Of a DNA stretch of 16,022 bases, positions 8,066 through 15,491 are shown one piece after another; position 1 is the stretch's first letter; every line of letters begins with the position of its first letter. The position numbers and the translations under genes were made by a program. This stretch comes from Spirochaetia bacterium. Lineage in GTDB: Bacteria; Spirochaetota; Spirochaetia; SP-2023. The stretch lies in contig CBDDCK010000002.1 in NCBI GenBank assembly GCA_965225855.1, positions 1 to 16,022 of the forward strand, given 5' to 3'. The notes below the pieces were generated by a model. It did not search any database. It saw only the letters and a program-made list of their open reading frames with translations, and was not told the DNA's origin.

Positions 8066-10909
8066 TTAAAATTTTAACGGTTCGACAATTTCTCTTGTTG
8101 TGCTTGCTTTTGAATCAATGTTAGCTTTCGCTAAATTAGGTAAAAGTAATTCCACCACTTGAGGAAATAACATTACCGGATAAAAAGTGATCCCTTCCTT
8201 TACGTAATCGGGGATTTCATCTAAATCCCGTAAATTTTGTTGGGGAATAATGATGTTGTTTATGTTATAACGTTTTGCGGCAACGGTTTTTTCGCGCAGA
8301 CCACCGATGGGCAGCACTTGACCCGTCAGCGATAATTCACCCGTCATAGCAAAATGATTGTCCACTAATTCACCACTAAGTAGCGATAAAATACAAACTG
8401 CCATGGTTATACCAGCTGAAGGCCCGTCCTTTGGAGTAGCCCCTTCGGGAATGTGCAAGTGGATTTCTGATTTGGCCCAACGCGGTAGCTTAGCTGTTTC
8501 TGCGTTTGCCTGCTCACTAGAAATCAAGCGGTTAGAGGGAAAATCGGGCAGGCTGCTAGCTTGGGGACTAAGCAAACCTAATTCTCCACAGTTGGTCAGA
8601 TAATGTTTTGCAACAGAAAACGCAATGGCACCAGATTCCTTCATCACCTCGCCTAGCTGACCGGTTAAGTTTAGTTCCCCCTTACCATGTAATTCCAGTG
8701 ATTCGATTACCAGAGTATCACCGCCCATACCCGTCCATGCCAAGCCAGTAGCCATACCCACTTGAGTGATCATGCGCTGGGGACTAACAGTAAATTCAGG
8801 CTTTTTCAAATATTCTTCTAAGTTTGGAGCATCAATGGCAATGGGCTTACCATAAAGCGGGAAGCTGCGGTTGTTTTTTGTTTTTTGACCTTTCTGCTTT
8901 TTTGCGTTTTGCCTTTTCTTTGGTGTTGCGCTCTGTATTGGTTCTATCGTTTGATCATCTGCAGTTGGCGCAGATTTTTGCATGGTTGTTTTTTGCTCTG
9001 TATCTTTATTTTCTAATTGTTTTGCGCTGATTTTGTAAGCAATTTTGCGATGAATGCGATCCAAAGCTTTTTCATAATTGCGCATTCCTGCTTCGCGGGC
9101 ATAACCGTTGGCAATTTCACGCAACGCTTCATTCGTATAAGTAACTTGCTCTAAAGACATTCCGTGGCGTTCTAGCGAACGCGGCAGCAAATGCCGTTTG
9201 GCAATTTCCACTTTTTCTTCCAAGATATAACCTGAAAGGCGAATGATTTCCATACGGTCGCGCAAGGCACTGGGAATATTTTCCAGCGTATTGGCCGTAG
9301 TTACAAACAAAACATGGGATAGGTCAAAAGGCAAATCCAAATAGTGGTCGCGAAATTCGTTATTTTGTTCGGGGTCTAAAGCCTCCAACAGGGCCGAAGA
9401 AGGATCACCTTGATAAGACGAACCGATTTTATCTATTTCGTCAATCATGAAAACCGGTGATTGGGTTTTGGTAACTTTCAGCCCTTGGAGCAATTTGCCG
9501 GGCATCGCACCGACATAGGTTCGGCGGTGGCCTTTTATTTCAGCTTCATCGCGCATGCCGCCAACAGAAAAACGGTAAAAAGGCCGGCCCAAAGTTTGGG
9601 CAATGGATTTGCCGATAGAAGTTTTCCCTACGCCCGGGGGGCCAACCAAGCAGATAATGGCTCCGCGGGCATCTTGTTTTAAATGGCGCACCGCCAAGTA
9701 TTCCAACAGGCGTTTTTTGACATCTTCTAAGCCATAGTGACCATCATTTAAAATTTGTTCGGCTTTTGTTAGCGATATTTTATCTGGAAAAGGTGTATCC
9801 CACGGTAGGTTTATGATGGTATCCAAATAATTGCGCAATATATTGTATTCGGCGGAGCTAGGTTCCATTAGGGAAAACTTTTCCAATTCAGAATCGACTT
9901 GCTCTTGAGCTTCTTCATTTAGGTTGAGCTGTGCGATTTTTTCTTGGAATTTAATACTATCGGAGCTGCGGGCATCCGATGGTTCGCCGAGCTCTTTTTT
10001 GATTGTTTTGATTTCTTCTCGCAGAAAGTATTCGCGCTGGCTTTTTTCAATTTTTTGGTTGATGCGCTGGGCCACTTTACGCTGGATATTGAGCAGGTCT
10101 TGTTCTCGTTTGATGTAAATTAAAACATGCTCCATTCGCTTGAAAACGTCTAGCTCTTCTAAAATTTCTTGCTGGACTTCGCGGGGCAAATTGAGGATAG
10201 AGGCTGTAAAATCGGCAATGGTTCCAGGGCTATCAATGTTTACCATATTCAGCCGCATTTCTTCGGTGAACAATGGGTTATTCTCGGCAAGGCGTTTCAT
10301 TTCCGAAAGTAGAGCCCGAGTTAAGCCTTTTAATTCATCGCTTTCTTCAGCAACAATATCATCCAGATAGTCAACTTCCGCTATTAAAGGGTATGTGTTG
10401 GATTGTAAAGATTTTATGCGGAAGCGTTTGAGGGTGGTTATAAAAATATTAATGTTGCCATCGGGCAAGTTTATTTTGCGACTGATGCGCACAACCGTCC
10501 CTACTTCGTAGAGCTCTTGGCTTTCTTCGTATTCTAAATCTTCCTCATTTTCTTCATCGGCCCTATCATCGGCGCATTTTTGAGTATTTAGGTCTAAAGC
10601 TTCTAGTGGTTCTATCTCTTCAGAAAGTTCTTCCGAAATGTCTTCATAAATATTTTGCTCTGTATTTTCACTATCTTGCTGCTTTTGCGAGCCTTTCGTT
10701 GTAACTGGTTGGGGCGATATATAGCGAGTGAGCACCAACCCTATGGTTCTATCCCCTTCGTAGGCTTTTTCGACTAGAGCAATATCGTCTGCTTCACTGA
10801 TTAAAATGGGGGTGAATACACCGGGAAACAATGGCTTACTGGCCATTGGGATAATTAATAATTCAGAAGGTAGACCTTTGTTTGCCACAATAATCTCATT
10901 TGATGCCAT
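8066..10909 (-). CDS. lon: ATP-dependent Lon protease (LonA type)
   Basis: N-domain PLFPG; HYGLEDVKKR; Walker A GPPGVGKT; Walker B MIDEIDK; catalytic PKDGPSAG and IGGLREK. ATG at 10909 with an AAGGA Shine-Dalgarno chosen over GTG at 10945. Confidence 0.98.
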   Translation of the reverse strand: MASNEIIVANKGLPSELLIIPMASKPLFPGVFTPILISEADDIALVEKAYEGDRTIGLVLTRYISPQPVTTKGSQKQQDSENTEQNIYEDISEELSEEIEPLEALDLNTQKCADDRADEENEEDLEYEESQELYEVGTVVRISRKINLPDGNINIFITTLKRFRIKSLQSNTYPLIAEVDYLDDIVAEESDELKGLTRALLSEMKRLAENNPLFTEEMRLNMVNIDSPGTIADFTASILNLPREVQQEILEELDVFKRMEHVLIYIKREQDLLNIQRKVAQRINQKIEKSQREYFLREEIKTIKKELGEPSDARSSDSIKFQEKIAQLNLNEEAQEQVDSELEKFSLMEPSSAEYNILRNYLDTIINLPWDTPFPDKISLTKAEQILNDGHYGLEDVKKRLLEYLAVRHLKQDARGAIICLVGPPGVGKTSIGKSIAQTLGRPFYRFSVGGMRDEAEIKGHRRTYVGAMPGKLLQGLKVTKTQSPVFMIDEIDKIGSSYQGDPSSALLEALDPEQNNEFRDHYLDLPFDLSHVLFVTTANTLENIPSALRDRMEIIRLSGYILEEKVEIAKRHLLPRSLERHGMSLEQVTYTNEALREIANGYAREAGMRNYEKALDRIHRKIAYKISAKQLENKDTEQKTTMQKSAPTADDQTIEPIQSATPKKRQNAKKQKGQKTKNNRSFPLYGKPIAIDAPNLEEYLKKPEFTVSPQRMITQVGMATGLAWTGMGGDTLVIESLELHGKGELNLTGQLGEVMKESGAIAFSVAKHYLTNCGELGLLSPQASSLPDFPSNRLISSEQANAETAKLPRWAKSEIHLHIPEGATPKDGPSAGITMAVCILSLLSGELVDNHFAMTGELSLTGQVLPIGGLREKTVAAKRYNINNIIIPQQNLRDLDEIPDYVKEGITFYPVMLFPQVVELLLPNLAKANIDSKASTTREIVEPLKF

Positions 10910-10936
10910 TGATTGAATCCTTTTCAGTATATCTTT

Positions 10937-10965
10937 AAAATACACACACGGTTTGCAAGTGGCAA
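10937..10965 (-). promoter_or_regulatory. Putative sigma70 promoter for lon-uvrA-pgsA-pncC
   Basis: Minus strand TTGCCA (10965-10960) - 17 bp - TATTTT (10942-10937); same -35 hexamer as the accA candidate. Confidence 0.35.
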
Positions 10966-11081
10966 GCTTTTTATAGTAGATAGGAAAACTCGCTTTTGCT
11001 ACCTACAATATTTTAACAGCGTTTGTGTTTTGGCTGAATGAGCTTGTTACTAATTCTTATAGCCCGTTACTTTGTAGCCTC

Positions 11082-11423
11082 CTACCCTGGAGGCCAAGCA
11101 AAGGCGCGTCCACTAAGCAGGTGCAAATGTAGGTAGAATACGGTTTGGCCTGCTTGTTCCCCACAATTACTGATGATCCGGTAATCTTTTAAACCCAATT
11201 GCTTGGCTAGGGCAGCCGTTTTCTTAAATAACGTAGCGACCGCAGCATCCTCCCAATGGCAAAGGTCGGAAAAGTCTTTAGCTTTAGGTGCTCGTTTGGG
11301 AATTACCAGAATATGTATAGGTGCTTGGGGAGCAATATCGTGGAAGGCCAAAATATCATCGTCTTCAAACACAATTTCTGCTGGGATTTTTTTGGCAATA
11401 ATATCTTCAAAAATGGTGGGCAT
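11082..11423 (-). CDS. hinT: Histidine triad nucleotide-binding (HIT/Hint family) protein
   Basis: TIF..II.K.IPA.IVFEDD..LAF.DI.PQAP.HILVIPK, N.G..AGQTV, triad YLHLHLL (first His replaced by Tyr), C-terminal WPPG. Confidence 0.92.
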   Translation of the reverse strand: MPTIFEDIIAKKIPAEIVFEDDDILAFHDIAPQAPIHILVIPKRAPKAKDFSDLCHWEDAAVATLFKKTAALAKQLGLKDYRIISNCGEQAGQTVFYLHLHLLSGRAFAWPPG

Positions 11424-11468
11424 AGGCGTTTCTCATAAAATAAGGCAGAAGGTAGAGCATTGCGTGGT

Positions 11469-12452
11469 TTATGAACTGCGGTTTTTCAACCATGGAATGC
11501 GCGAAAATAGGCCAAATAAATCTTCACGGGTATTTTTCTCACTGAAGCGGCCAATGTCGCGCAGTCTGCGTGAGCGGTAGTGTACCAATTTTTCGTAGTC
11601 GGTAGACTGCAAGACTGTATAGTCTTTTAAGATAATCTTCTTAATTTCACGAGCGGTGAAATCAAGGTTTAAGTGAACCCCACCGGCGATTTCGTGCACA
11701 ATGCCGTGGATAATGCCAAATTCCAGTATGTCTTTGGCCGTCATTTTCATTAACGAGGCTGCGTATTCTGCTTTGGTAGAATCCCGTAACAAAATTGAGG
11801 CAAAGCCTTCGGGCGAGATGACCGAATATACCGAGTTTTCCAGCATATAAAGCTTATCCCCAATGCCAATGCCTAGGGCCCCGCCGCTGCCTCCTTCGCC
11901 AATGACGAAACTGATTATGGGGGTGCGCAATACTGAAAACTCACGCAGGTTTACCGCAATGGCTTCACCAATGCCTCGTTCTTCAGACTCTAAACCGGGA
12001 TAGGCCCCTGGAGTATCAATAAAGGTAATGACTGGGCGCCCATGGGCTTCGGCTTGTTTGGCTAGACGCAGGGCTTTGCGGTAGCCTTCTGGATTGCCCA
12101 TACCGTAGCGGCGTTGCATGTTTTCTTTTAAATTGCTGCCTTTTTGATGGCCAATAAAAGTCATGGGTATACCACCAATGGTGGCAATACCGCCAACAAT
12201 GGCCTTATCATCACCATAAGTGCGGTCGCCATGGAGCTCTATATAGTTGTCGCTAATTTTGGCGATGTATTCTAAGGTACCAGCGCGCTCACCAATACGG
12301 GCTATTTTGACACGCTGCCAAGCATCGTTTTCATTGGTATTGCTGGCAAAACGGGTTTCTAAATCGTTGATTTCTGCTGCCAGCTCGGGGGATACGGAAC
12401 ACAAGGATTCTCGCAGTTCAGCAAAACGTTGTAAGATTTGTTGTCTTTCCAT
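11469..12452 (-). CDS. accA: Acetyl-CoA carboxylase carboxyltransferase subunit alpha
   Basis: WQRVKIAR, ELHGDR.YGDD.AIVGG, IGHQKG, PEGYRKALRL, FIDTPGAYPG..SEERG, IGEGGSGGAL and YSVISPEGFASIL. ATG at 12452 chosen because the track's TTG at 12488 coincides with the -35 box. Confidence 0.96.
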   Translation of the reverse strand: MERQQILQRFAELRESLCSVSPELAAEINDLETRFASNTNENDAWQRVKIARIGERAGTLEYIAKISDNYIELHGDRTYGDDKAIVGGIATIGGIPMTFIGHQKGSNLKENMQRRYGMGNPEGYRKALRLAKQAEAHGRPVITFIDTPGAYPGLESEERGIGEAIAVNLREFSVLRTPIISFVIGEGGSGGALGIGIGDKLYMLENSVYSVISPEGFASILLRDSTKAEYAASLMKMTAKDILEFGIIHGIVHEIAGGVHLNLDFTAREIKKIILKDYTVLQSTDYEKLVHYRSRRLRDIGRFSEKNTREDLFGLFSRIPWLKNRSS

Positions 12453-12459
12453 AGGCCAA

Positions 12460-12488
12460 ATTTTAACTAAGACTTGCGACTTTGGCAA
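12460..12488 (-). promoter_or_regulatory. Sigma70-type promoter of accA (likely leaderless transcript)
   Basis: Minus strand TTGCCA (12488-12483) - 17 bp - TAAAAT (12465-12460) - 7 nt - ATG; no Shine-Dalgarno. Confidence 0.6.
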
Positions 12489-12599
12489 TTGTTTATATAA
12501 AGAATCATTTTTAGATATTTTTCTTACCTAACCACCCCCCAAACTTTCACAACAAAAACCAAACCATGCCATAAATATGTACTTTTGAAAAGTAACAAT

Positions 12600-12668
12600 T
12601 ATGGACTAGGTCGGTCCATAGTTATCGACTTGTTGCGTCTATAGCTATGGACTGGTTGCTTTGATGGT
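12600..12668 (+). repeat. 3 x 23-bp degenerate tandem repeat with dyad symmetry upstream of lipoprotein 3
   Basis: tatggactaggtcggtccatagt (12600), tatcgacttgttgcgtctatagc (12623) and tatggactggttgctttgatggt (12646). Unit 1 is a perfect dyad, TATGGAC-N7-GTCCATA. Confidence 0.75.
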
Positions 12669-12914
12669 TTATAGATTACAATAATATGGAATGCAAATGG
12701 ATTGGCATGGATTTTTAACCCCCAACCAACACTAAAAAACAACACTAACACACAAAAAAAGTGCCCAAACATAAAAAAAGCACAAAAAAACTTACAAAAA
12801 GCTTACAAAAAGCTTGTATGGGCCTTGACGCAACACCCCCCTAGCAAAATGGGGCACTGTACAATAGCCCGTATGGGTTTTGTCAATCTCAAGCCATTTT
12901 TGGAGGTATTGCTT

Positions 12915-15014
12915 ATGTATAAGCTCAAACTATTTTTATTGCCATTAGCCTGGCTACTGGCCTTTATGGCCTTTGCCTGCGCCCCGCCCGATGACAACGA
13001 TGACAATGGTGCGCCGTCTTCTGGGCCGACTATCAATAACGCCATCTACGATGTTGGCACAGCTATCTTAACCGTACAAGGTACTGACTTAAGTCCTACA
13101 ACTGCGACCCAAGCGCAAATCCAAACTATCAGGGTAGGAAGCCGAACAAATGGTGTAGCCTTCAGTTCCTATACTGCAGATGACGATGCCACTGGGGTAA
13201 ATAGTAACGGTCTTGAACCAGGTAAGTACCGTATTAAAAGCGATGGCACAGCGCTTTGGCTTAGACTTACCGATCGACATAAAGCTGTTCTTGAGGCCAA
13301 GACAGGTATGGATAGCGATAGTCTAAAAAAAGGGTTGCTTAGCGTTAGCTCGGGTGCTTGGGCGGGTTTAGATACAGCCAAAGACTTAACCGTTAATATA
13401 CTCGGTAAGCCATCTAAGCAAACCGAAGCCGAACAAGACGAACAAGCCGAAGAGCAGTCACCTAAGCAACCTGAAGACGAACAAGCTGAAGAAGACGAAC
13501 AAGTCGAACAAGTCGAAGATCAGTCGCCTGAAGCCGCAATTACCGGTGCAACCTACCATGTTGGCACGGCGCTGTTAACTGTACAAGGTTCTAACTTAAG
13601 TCCTACAACTGCGACCCAAGCGCAAATCCAAACCATTACGGTAGATGGCTTAGCCTTAAGTTCCTATACTGCAGATAGCACAGCCACTGGGCCAGATAGT
13701 CGCAGTCTTACAAAAGGTAAGTACCGTATTAAAAGCGATGGCACAGCGCTTTGGCTTTACCTTACCGATCCACATAAAGCTACTCTGAATGGCAAGGACG
13801 GTATGGATAGCAATGGTCTAAAAGATGGGTTGCTTAGCGTTAGCTCTGGTGCTTGGGCGGGTTTAAATACAGCCAAAGGCTTGGCCGTTAGTGGAAACCC
13901 CGCACCCACAATTACCAGTGCAACCTATGATGTAAATATAAGCGTGTTAAGAACAGGCGTGTTAGTGATTACAGGTACTAATTTACCAGCAGCAATTGCA
14001 AACTGGGACTTAACCAAATTGACGATTGTATCCGGTGATGGTAGTAAGAGATTCACATTACCCCAGTACTCAAACACAGCCGCAAGTTCTAGTGCAAGTG
14101 CAACAAGCTTAACGATTATTTTAAGGGATAGTGTAAAAGCGAAAGCCGAGAAGATACTGGTTAACGATGGTGATAGTGATGCTAATGGTGCATACAACCT
14201 TGAAGCAGCAGCAGGATTTGTAATTGGTAGTAGCGCAGCAGACACAAGCAACCCTATTACCGTTAGGGGATATACAGCCAACATCACCAGTGCACAATAC
14301 AATGCTAATACAGGCGTGTTATATATTAAAGGTGTCAAGTTACCGACAACAGTTGCAGGATGGGACTTTAGCAAATTGACGCTTGTATCCGGTGATGGTA
14401 AGAAGAGATTCACATTACCCCAGCACGCAACTGCAGGTGAAAACACAGCCACAGGTACTGGTGCAGATACAGAATACTTAAGTATTACTTTAAGCGGTAC
14501 TGTAAAAGCGGAAGCCAAGAAGATACTGGTTAACGATGGTGATAGTGATGCTAATGGTGCATACAACCTGGAAGCAGCAGCAGGCTTTGCAGGTGGTAGC
14601 GCTGAAGACACAAGCAATAACCCTATTACCGTTAGCGGCCACACAAGCCAGCTCGACTACGCATTATACACCACTTATACAGACCAGTTAATTATTACTG
14701 GTAGCAGGTTACCGACAGCAGTTGCAGACTGGGACTTTAGCAAATTGACGATTGTATCTGGTGATGGTAGTAAGAGATTCACATTACCCCGGCACTCAAC
14801 TACAGGTGCAAACAAAGCCACAGGTTCTGGTGCAAGTACAACAAACTTAAACATTACTTTAAGCGGTAGTGTAAAAGCCAAAGTCGAGGCTATACTGGTT
14901 AAGGAAGGTCTTCGTGATAATGATGGCGCATACAACCTTGAAGCAGCAGCAGGATTTGTACCTGGTAGCGAAGCAGACCCAACCAATAGGATTAAAGTTG
15001 TAAATTATAAGTAG
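12915..15014 (+). CDS. Repeat-domain surface lipoprotein paralog 3 (699 aa; signal II + A1 + acidic linker + A2 + B1 + B2 + B3)
   Basis: GGAGG at 12902-12906, ATG at 12915, signal peptide MYKLKLFLLPLAWLLAFMAFA-C22. B repeats at ~13900-14270, 14271-14639 and 14640-15011. The track's 71-aa N-terminal extension from 12702 is judged noncoding leader. Confidence 0.88.
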   Translation: MYKLKLFLLPLAWLLAFMAFACAPPDDNDDNGAPSSGPTINNAIYDVGTAILTVQGTDLSPTTATQAQIQTIRVGSRTNGVAFSSYTADDDATGVNSNGLEPGKYRIKSDGTALWLRLTDRHKAVLEAKTGMDSDSLKKGLLSVSSGAWAGLDTAKDLTVNILGKPSKQTEAEQDEQAEEQSPKQPEDEQAEEDEQVEQVEDQSPEAAITGATYHVGTALLTVQGSNLSPTTATQAQIQTITVDGLALSSYTADSTATGPDSRSLTKGKYRIKSDGTALWLYLTDPHKATLNGKDGMDSNGLKDGLLSVSSGAWAGLNTAKGLAVSGNPAPTITSATYDVNISVLRTGVLVITGTNLPAAIANWDLTKLTIVSGDGSKRFTLPQYSNTAASSSASATSLTIILRDSVKAKAEKILVNDGDSDANGAYNLEAAAGFVIGSSAADTSNPITVRGYTANITSAQYNANTGVLYIKGVKLPTTVAGWDFSKLTLVSGDGKKRFTLPQHATAGENTATGTGADTEYLSITLSGTVKAEAKKILVNDGDSDANGAYNLEAAAGFAGGSAEDTSNNPITVSGHTSQLDYALYTTYTDQLIITGSRLPTAVADWDFSKLTIVSGDGSKRFTLPRHSTTGANKATGSGASTTNLNITLSGSVKAKVEAILVKEGLRDNDGAYNLEAAAGFVPGSEADPTNRIKVVNYK

Positions 15015-15055
15015 GGTTTGGTTGTTGCGGTAAGCAATGCTTGCATTGGCCAATT

Positions 15056-15090
15056 GCAGCCTTGGTAAGTTTTTTATCAAGGCTGCTTTT
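15056..15090 (+). terminator. Putative intrinsic terminator after lipoprotein paralog 3
   Basis: GCAGCCTTGGTAA-gtttt-TTATCAAGGCTGC-TTTT; 13-bp stem with one G-U pair. Confidence 0.6.
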
Positions 15091-15140
15091 GCCAATTATA
15101 GCCTTGGTATAAAGTATTGTTCCGCATTGGTGCAATACAT

Positions 15141-15180
15141 CTTTCCGCCTTGGATCAAGGCCTTGATCCAAGGCGGAAAG
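15141..15180. repeat. 40-bp perfect palindrome with no loop (second copy)
   Basis: CTTTCCGCCTTGGATCAAGG|CCTTGATCCAAGGCGGAAAG, identical to 1511-1550; the outer 6 bp carry two mismatches here. Confidence 0.97.
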
Positions 15181-15305
15181 CTATATCATAGCAAGGCACT
15201 AAAAAATTTATTAAGGCTACAAACTTTTTTAGTAATAGCTTTGCACAAAAGCTTTGAACAAACCCCTTACAATAATTATTACCAGAACGTTGCCATAACA
15301 ATTAA

Positions 15306-15351
15306 GAGAGTCTCTTAATGCCTAACAAGAGAATTTCTTAATAACTAACAA
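15306..15351 (-). repeat. 2 x 23-bp tandem repeat (same family as 1331-1399)
   Basis: gagagtctcttaatgcctaacaa (15306-15328) and gagaatttcttaataactaacaa (15329-15351); overlaps the dyad ATTAAGAGA-g-TCTCTTAAT (15301-15319). Confidence 0.8.
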
Positions 15352-15436
15352 GAATTTTTTGTAACAAGATAAACTTTGGCCAAGCCTTGCTTGCCTTTTG
15401 GGTTGCCTTTTTGTCGGGTAATTAATTATTGGAGGC

Positions 15437-15485
15437 TTGCGGCAACAGCAAGACCGTATTATAATGATTATTCATTTTGAGGAGG
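15437..15485 (+). promoter_or_regulatory. Sigma70 promoter and RBS for the 15492 gene
   Basis: TTGCGG (15437-15442) - 17 bp - TATAAT (15460-15465); Shine-Dalgarno GAGGAGG (15479-15485) 6 nt before the ATG. Confidence 0.7.
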
Positions 15486-15491
15486 TCGCTA

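Larger units (their letters stand above)
12700..15403 (+). repeat. Right arm of long imperfect inverted repeat
   Basis: Homologous to the reverse complement of 1279-3570; longer mainly because it carries one extra B repeat. Confidence 0.9.

Noticed and set aside
5209..12531. Numerous short overlapping ORFs within uvrA, lon, hinT and accA (also 612-1047 and 4432-5179)
   Set aside because: Antisense or out-of-frame shadows of well-supported genes, with no recognisable motifs.
12564..12710. 8-bp inverted repeat CCATGCCA...TGGCATGG flanking the upstream array as an invertible promoter
   Set aside because: Too short to be convincing, and there is no counterpart upstream of paralog 2.
12821..12900. 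c-di-GMP-I riboswitch (GACGCAA motif)
   Set aside because: The other required elements (GGCAAAC, GNRA-capped P2, tetraloop receptor) are not present.
12702..12914. 71-aa N-terminal extension of lipoprotein 3 and the similar ORF 3357-3623 (-)
   Set aside because: It would bury the signal peptide. The frame is not conserved between the two leaders, the T-poor A/C-rich DNA rarely produces stop codons, and a strong GGAGG precedes the downstream ATG.
13925..14986. Long antisense ORFs (13925-14644, 14675-14986, also 1691-2002)
   Set aside because: Shadows of the repeat-domain lipoprotein genes; their mutual similarity simply reflects the sense-strand repeats.
15037..15318. Small ORFs in the 3' blocks (15037-15318, 251-499, 172-438, 14859-15095)
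   Set aside because: The reading frame is not preserved among the three homologous blocks, there is no RBS, and they run through terminator and palindrome elements.
1279..15403. Composite transposon or IS pair
   Set aside because: The arms encode lipoproteins rather than transposases; no terminal inverted repeats or clear target-site duplication.
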